DNA from: Octopus vulgaris
Taxonomy: Eukaryota
DNA length: 64,000 nucleotides
Direction of reading: 5' to 3'
Assembly (NCBI GenBank): GCA_951406725.2
Contig: OX597823.1
Location: 17,112,001 to 17,176,000 of the forward strand
The notes beneath the pieces were generated by a model that saw only the letters and a list, made by a program, of their open reading frames with translations, was not told the DNA's origin and searched no databases. The translations under genes were made by a program, and so were the position numbers. Every line of letters starts with the position of its first letter. The first letter of the stretch is position 1. This document shows positions 61,605-64,000 of the stretch, piece by piece.

Positions 61605-61840
61605 ACCTAAGGACTAAGTGGTGTTGTTAAACCGTGGTGTGTATTAGGTTTATCTGATAAAATAGAGACTTGAATAAAAAAAGAATGCCAAAAAATAAAA
61701 TTATATGACATATTCCTTCTTCATAATTAGGTTGCCAACAATATGAAGAAATATGGTAGAGGAGGAAATAATGGCAGTAATGGTGGAGCAGTGGGATCTT
61801 CATCTTATGGCAGTGCTGCAAGGAAATGTCTGGGAACAAG
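47766..61840 (+). CDS. FIGNL1: Fidgetin-like protein 1, 5' part (9 coding exons; AAA+ domain expected downstream of the window)
   Basis: Spliced peptide FLSYFQKLYF..TPSEKADILR..ISCEAAKLLLADYNNKYVAIVD..GLNNFAGGAL..WKSSLTPENVLDMECLKQ parallels the recalled human FIGNL1 N-terminus (LSEWQKNYF..KADAYR..KYSAIID..GLNNYAENIL..WQSGLSINNVFKM). NFRTAREQL..SSYGSAARKCLG parallels FKTAKEQL..SSYGGVKKSLG. Phases are consistent. Confidence 0.9.
47950..48331 (-). mobile_element. SINE family B
   Basis: Homology to other copies. Confidence 0.88.
49074..49410 (+). mobile_element. CR1-type LINE 3' fragment
   Basis: REHFFTLRVAEAWNELPASVVSCQSTASFK peptide; (ATT)n tail. Confidence 0.85.
49438..49523 (+). CDS. FIGNL1: FIGNL1 exon 2 (ISCEAAKLLLADYNNKYVAIVDNFDTTQ)
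   Basis: TAG acceptor, GTAGTA donor, phase 2 to 1. Confidence 0.9.
49815..50035. mobile_element. piggyBac-like MITE
   Basis: TTAA|CCCTTTAG...CTAAAGGG|TTAA. Confidence 0.8.
50421..50474 (+). CDS. FIGNL1: FIGNL1 exon 3 (GLNNFAGGALHLCNRNRN)
   Basis: CAG acceptor, GTAAGT donor. Confidence 0.9.
50659..50848 (+). mobile_element. Fold-back Penelope-like terminus (55-bp arms) next to a Helitron-like 5' end (from 50529)
   Basis: Arms 50659-50713 and 50794-50848 enclose a hammerhead motif. Confidence 0.65.
50716..50776 (+). ncRNA. Type I minimal hammerhead ribozyme motif
   Basis: AACAAT..TCTGTG-CTGATGA-AGG(GAAATAA)CCT-G-GAAA-TC(GT)GA-TA-CACAGA.ATTGTT; predicted cleavage after 50763. Confidence 0.7.
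52116..52504 (+). mobile_element. RTE family A 3' UTR
   Basis: Four modules plus tail. Confidence 0.87.
52677..52890 (-). mobile_element. RTE family A 3' end (older)
   Basis: Homology to other copies. Confidence 0.8.
53124..53206 (+). CDS. FIGNL1: FIGNL1 exon 4 (ESANWKSSLTPENVLDMECLKQIRKESK)
   Basis: CAG acceptor, GTTTGT donor. Confidence 0.88.
53328..53716 (-). mobile_element. SINE family B
   Basis: Homology to other copies. Confidence 0.88.
54118..54256 (+). CDS. FIGNL1: FIGNL1 exon 5 (ESSGRFSQPPEEKPYQ...LDKLVT), low-complexity linker
   Basis: TAG acceptor, open frame; GTGGGT donor gives the phase 1 needed by the next exon. Confidence 0.7.
54614..54852 (+). mobile_element. RTE family A 3' end
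   Basis: Two modules plus tail. Confidence 0.85.
55041..55427 (+). CDS. FIGNL1: FIGNL1 exon 6 (KDENVPPSV...SKKPLFSKS), N/S-rich linker
   Basis: CAG acceptor, GTATAT donor; inside ORF 55019..55519. Confidence 0.8.
55598..55896 (-). mobile_element. tRNA(Arg)-like SINE with a different 3' half from the 14936 copy
   Basis: 12-bp TSD TATGTTAATATG; similar head; fragment also at 60199-60330. Confidence 0.85.
56123..56193 (+). CDS. FIGNL1: FIGNL1 exon 7 (VTPAEEPNASFGANQFPNRRNRPS)
   Basis: AAG acceptor after a pyrimidine tract (in-frame CAG alternative 12 nt downstream); GTATGT donor; bridges phase 1 to 0. Confidence 0.7.
56551..56800 (-). mobile_element. CR1-type LINE 3' fragment
   Basis: RRRGAFSVRVADPWNKLLDEIVKMPTTARFKVSLD peptide; (TAACT)n tail. 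Confidence 0.85.
56925..57265 (+). mobile_element. RTE family A 3' UTR
   Basis: Three modules plus tail. Confidence 0.87.
57576..58090. mobile_element. Tc2/pogo-like non-autonomous DNA transposon
   Basis: TIRs CCGTAAATCCTTGAGTATA / TATACTCGAGGATTTACGG|TA. Confidence 0.75.
58398..58585 (+). mobile_element. RTE family A 3' end
   Basis: One module plus tail. Confidence 0.8.
58675..59089 (+). mobile_element. RTE family A 3' UTR
   Basis: Four heterogeneous modules plus tail. Confidence 0.87.
59276..59407 (+). CDS. FIGNL1: FIGNL1 exon 8 (FWKSGHYNSKG...DKRSSNFRTAREQL)
   Basis: AAG acceptor, GTAAGA donor; FxTA motif of the RAD51-binding region. Confidence 0.85.
59438..59860 (+). mobile_element. 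SINE family B
   Basis: Homology to other copies. Confidence 0.88.
60912..61307 (-). mobile_element. Non-autonomous Helitron with about 100-bp extra internal segment
   Basis: CTAG end abutting a (TA)n tract; hairpin; family homology. Confidence 0.85.
61339..61560 (-). mobile_element. (TA)n-flanked Penelope-like fragment with hammerhead-like motif (61447-61488)
   Basis: Minus strand TTT-CTGTAGA-A-GAGC(GTAG)GCTC-GAAAC-GTA-AAAG; decayed relative at 53730-53860. Confidence 0.5.
61731..61840 (+). CDS. FIGNL1: FIGNL1 exon 9 (VANNMKKYGRGGNNGSNGGAVGSSSYGSAARKCLGT)
   Basis: TAG acceptor, GTAATG donor. Confidence 0.87.
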
Positions 61841-62099
61841 GTAATGTTTTGATCTACTGTTGTACACTGAGCGGTAGAGTGAGAAAATTTGTACCACTCA
61901 TTTGCAATGTCTTCTACATAGAAAGGAAACTGTCTTCACCTCTGAGAGCTTCAATTCCTCTTAATAGAATTTATTTGTCATGAATGCAATAAAAGTAAAC
62001 CCAAAGACACTGTTAAATTGCTCAAGAACTTTGGTTTCAATCAGAAAAGTCGTGGAGAGAATTAGCATATCTTGTTTGCCAGGAATATGGCATAAAATA

Positions 62100-62264
62100 G
62101 GCGCAGGAATGGCTGTGTGGTAAGTAGCTTGCTAACCAACCACATGGTTCCGGGTTCACTCCCACTGCGTGGCATCTTGGGCAAGTGTCTTCTGCTATAG
62201 CTCCGGGCCAACCAATGCCTTGTGAGTGGATTTGGTAGACGGAAACTGAAAGAAGCCTGTCGTA

Positions 62265-62305
<41 letters not shown>

Positions 62306-62520
62306 CTGTGTTTGTCCCCCTAGCATTGCTTGACAACCGATGCTGGTGTGTTTACGTCCCTGTCACTTAGCGGTTCGGCAAAAGAGACCGATAGAATAAG
62401 TACTGGGCTTACAAAGAATAAGTCCCGGGGTCGATTTGCTCGACAAAAGGCGGTGCTCCAGCATGGCCGCAGTCAAAAGACTGAAACAAGTAAAAGAGTA
62501 AAAGAGAGTAAAAGAGTAAA
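62100..62520 (+). mobile_element. SINE family B, full length
   Basis: Homology to other copies. Confidence 0.9.
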
Positions 62521-62550
62521 ATAAATCCAAAACCCTGCCTTCAGGGAAAT

Positions 62551-62785
62551 GGTACGAGAGCTGGCAGAACTGTTAGCACGCCGGGCGAAATGCGTAGCCG
62601 TATTTCGTCTGCCGCTACGTTCTGAGTTCAAATTCCGCCGAGGTCGACTTTGCCTTTCATCCTTTCGGGGTCGATTAAATAAGTACCAGTTACGCACTGG
62701 AGTCGATCTAATCGAATTAGTCCGTTTGTCTGTCCTTGTTTGTCCTCTCTGTGTTTAGCCCCTTGTGGGTAGTAAAGAAATAGGT
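62551..62785 (+). mobile_element. SINE family C, young copy
   Basis: CpG intact; GAGTTCAAATTCC B box; GGTCGACTTTGCCTTTCATCCTTTCGGGGTCGAT core. Confidence 0.8.
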
Positions 62786-62984
62786 ATGAGAGCTTTTGAT
62801 AGGGGTGGCCTGGAGAGAGTTTACAGATTTTGCTTGCTCAGAATGTGGGTCATGTGAATCCAAAGACAAAGTGATTGGTGACCAAATAGTGAATATCAGA
62901 AAAGAAATAGTGACTAAATAATGAACCTCAGAAGTATTTACTTTTAGGTTGTCTTTCATATGGATGGCATTGTACATTGTCTTA

Positions 62985-63526
62985 GTGCTGCCTGACTGGC
63001 TCCTGTTGCCGGTGGCATGTAAAAAACACCATTCAAGCATGGCCGATGCCAGTACTGCCTGACTGGCCCTTGTGCCAGTGGCATGTAAAAAGCACCATTC
63101 ATGCATGGTCGATGCCAGTACTGCCTGACTGGCCCTTGTGCCAGTAGCATGTAAAAAGCACCATTCATGCATGGTCGATGCCAGTACTGCCTGACTGGCC
63201 CTTGTGCCAGTGGCATGTAAAAAGCACCATTCAAGCATGGTCGATGCCAGTAGTGCCTGACTGGCCCTTGTGCCGGTGGCATGTAAAAAGCACCATTCAT
63301 GCATGGTCGATGCCAGTACTGCCTGACTGGCCCTTGTGCCAGTGGCATGTAAAAGGCACCCACTACACTCATGGAGTGGTTGGCATTAGGAAAGGCATCC
63401 AGCTGTAGAAGCCTTGCCAGATCAGACTGGAGCCTGGTACAGCCTTCTGGCTTGCCAATCCTCAGTCTGGCTGTCCAACCCATGCCAGCATGAAAAGCGG
63501 ATGTTAAACGATGATGATGATGATGA
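62985..63526 (+). mobile_element. RTE family A 3' UTR with six 66-bp modules
   Basis: Period 66 seen directly; (GAT)n tail. Confidence 0.9.
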
Positions 63527-64000
63527 CAATATCATGCTGCATTGGAATCTGCTTAACATACGTGTAATGTCTTCTATAGATATGTGACATGATCAAAATT
63601 TTCAATTGTATCTTTAGTGTTTATGCATTTCCCTTTTTTCTTTGTTCAACATGTCAGGTGATGTAATGGCCATGAGTCCAAAAGTGGCTACACTTTCTGG
63701 CAGAGTTGGCTTAGCAATATTATCAGCCCTCAGGCAAATCAGTCCACTGAGTCCTATAGTATTTATTTATTGACAGCAAGCTATAGCATACATAGAACAG
63801 ACTTGGGCCCTTAGACTCATGAGCCCCCCCCCCCCCCCCTGGCAACTACCTAGAGTCCTCATGTCTTAAGATGGTACTGTTTTCTGTCATCATTGGCGTC
63901 ATTCTCAAGTTTCCAAGGAAATATCTTTTGTTGATATGCAGGACGATTTTGCTTCTGTTTGGGTTATTAACCCTTTTGTTACCAACCCGGCTGAAACCGG

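Overview
AT-rich, repeat-dense eukaryotic DNA whose repeat content points to a coleoid cephalopod, probably Octopus (an inference). It holds two divergently transcribed multi-exon genes. TAF5 (TFIID subunit 5) is complete on the minus strand: 19 coding exons, 42310 to 5254, 663 aa, all GT-AG with consistent phases. FIGNL1 (fidgetin-like 1) is on the plus strand from ATG 47766, with 9 coding exons visible; its AAA domain would lie beyond the window. Introns and the intergenic gap are filled with mobile DNA: more than 20 5'-truncated copies of an RTE-type LINE whose 3' UTR carries tandem 62-66 nt hairpin+pseudoknot modules, several tRNA-derived SINE families, non-autonomous Helitrons, a full-length but dead cecropia-type mariner, Tc1, Tc2/pogo, piggyBac, Merlin and hAT derivatives, and CR1-group LINE ends. 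There is also a set of mostly (TA)n-targeted fold-back insertions carrying minimal hammerhead ribozyme motifs (Penelope-like termini); one has copied 74 bp of its own flank into the hairpin apex. Most ORFs in the supplied track are repeat artefacts. Exon coordinates were read by hand; repeat boundaries without a TSD or terminal motif are approximate, and family names come from recalled motifs, not database searches.
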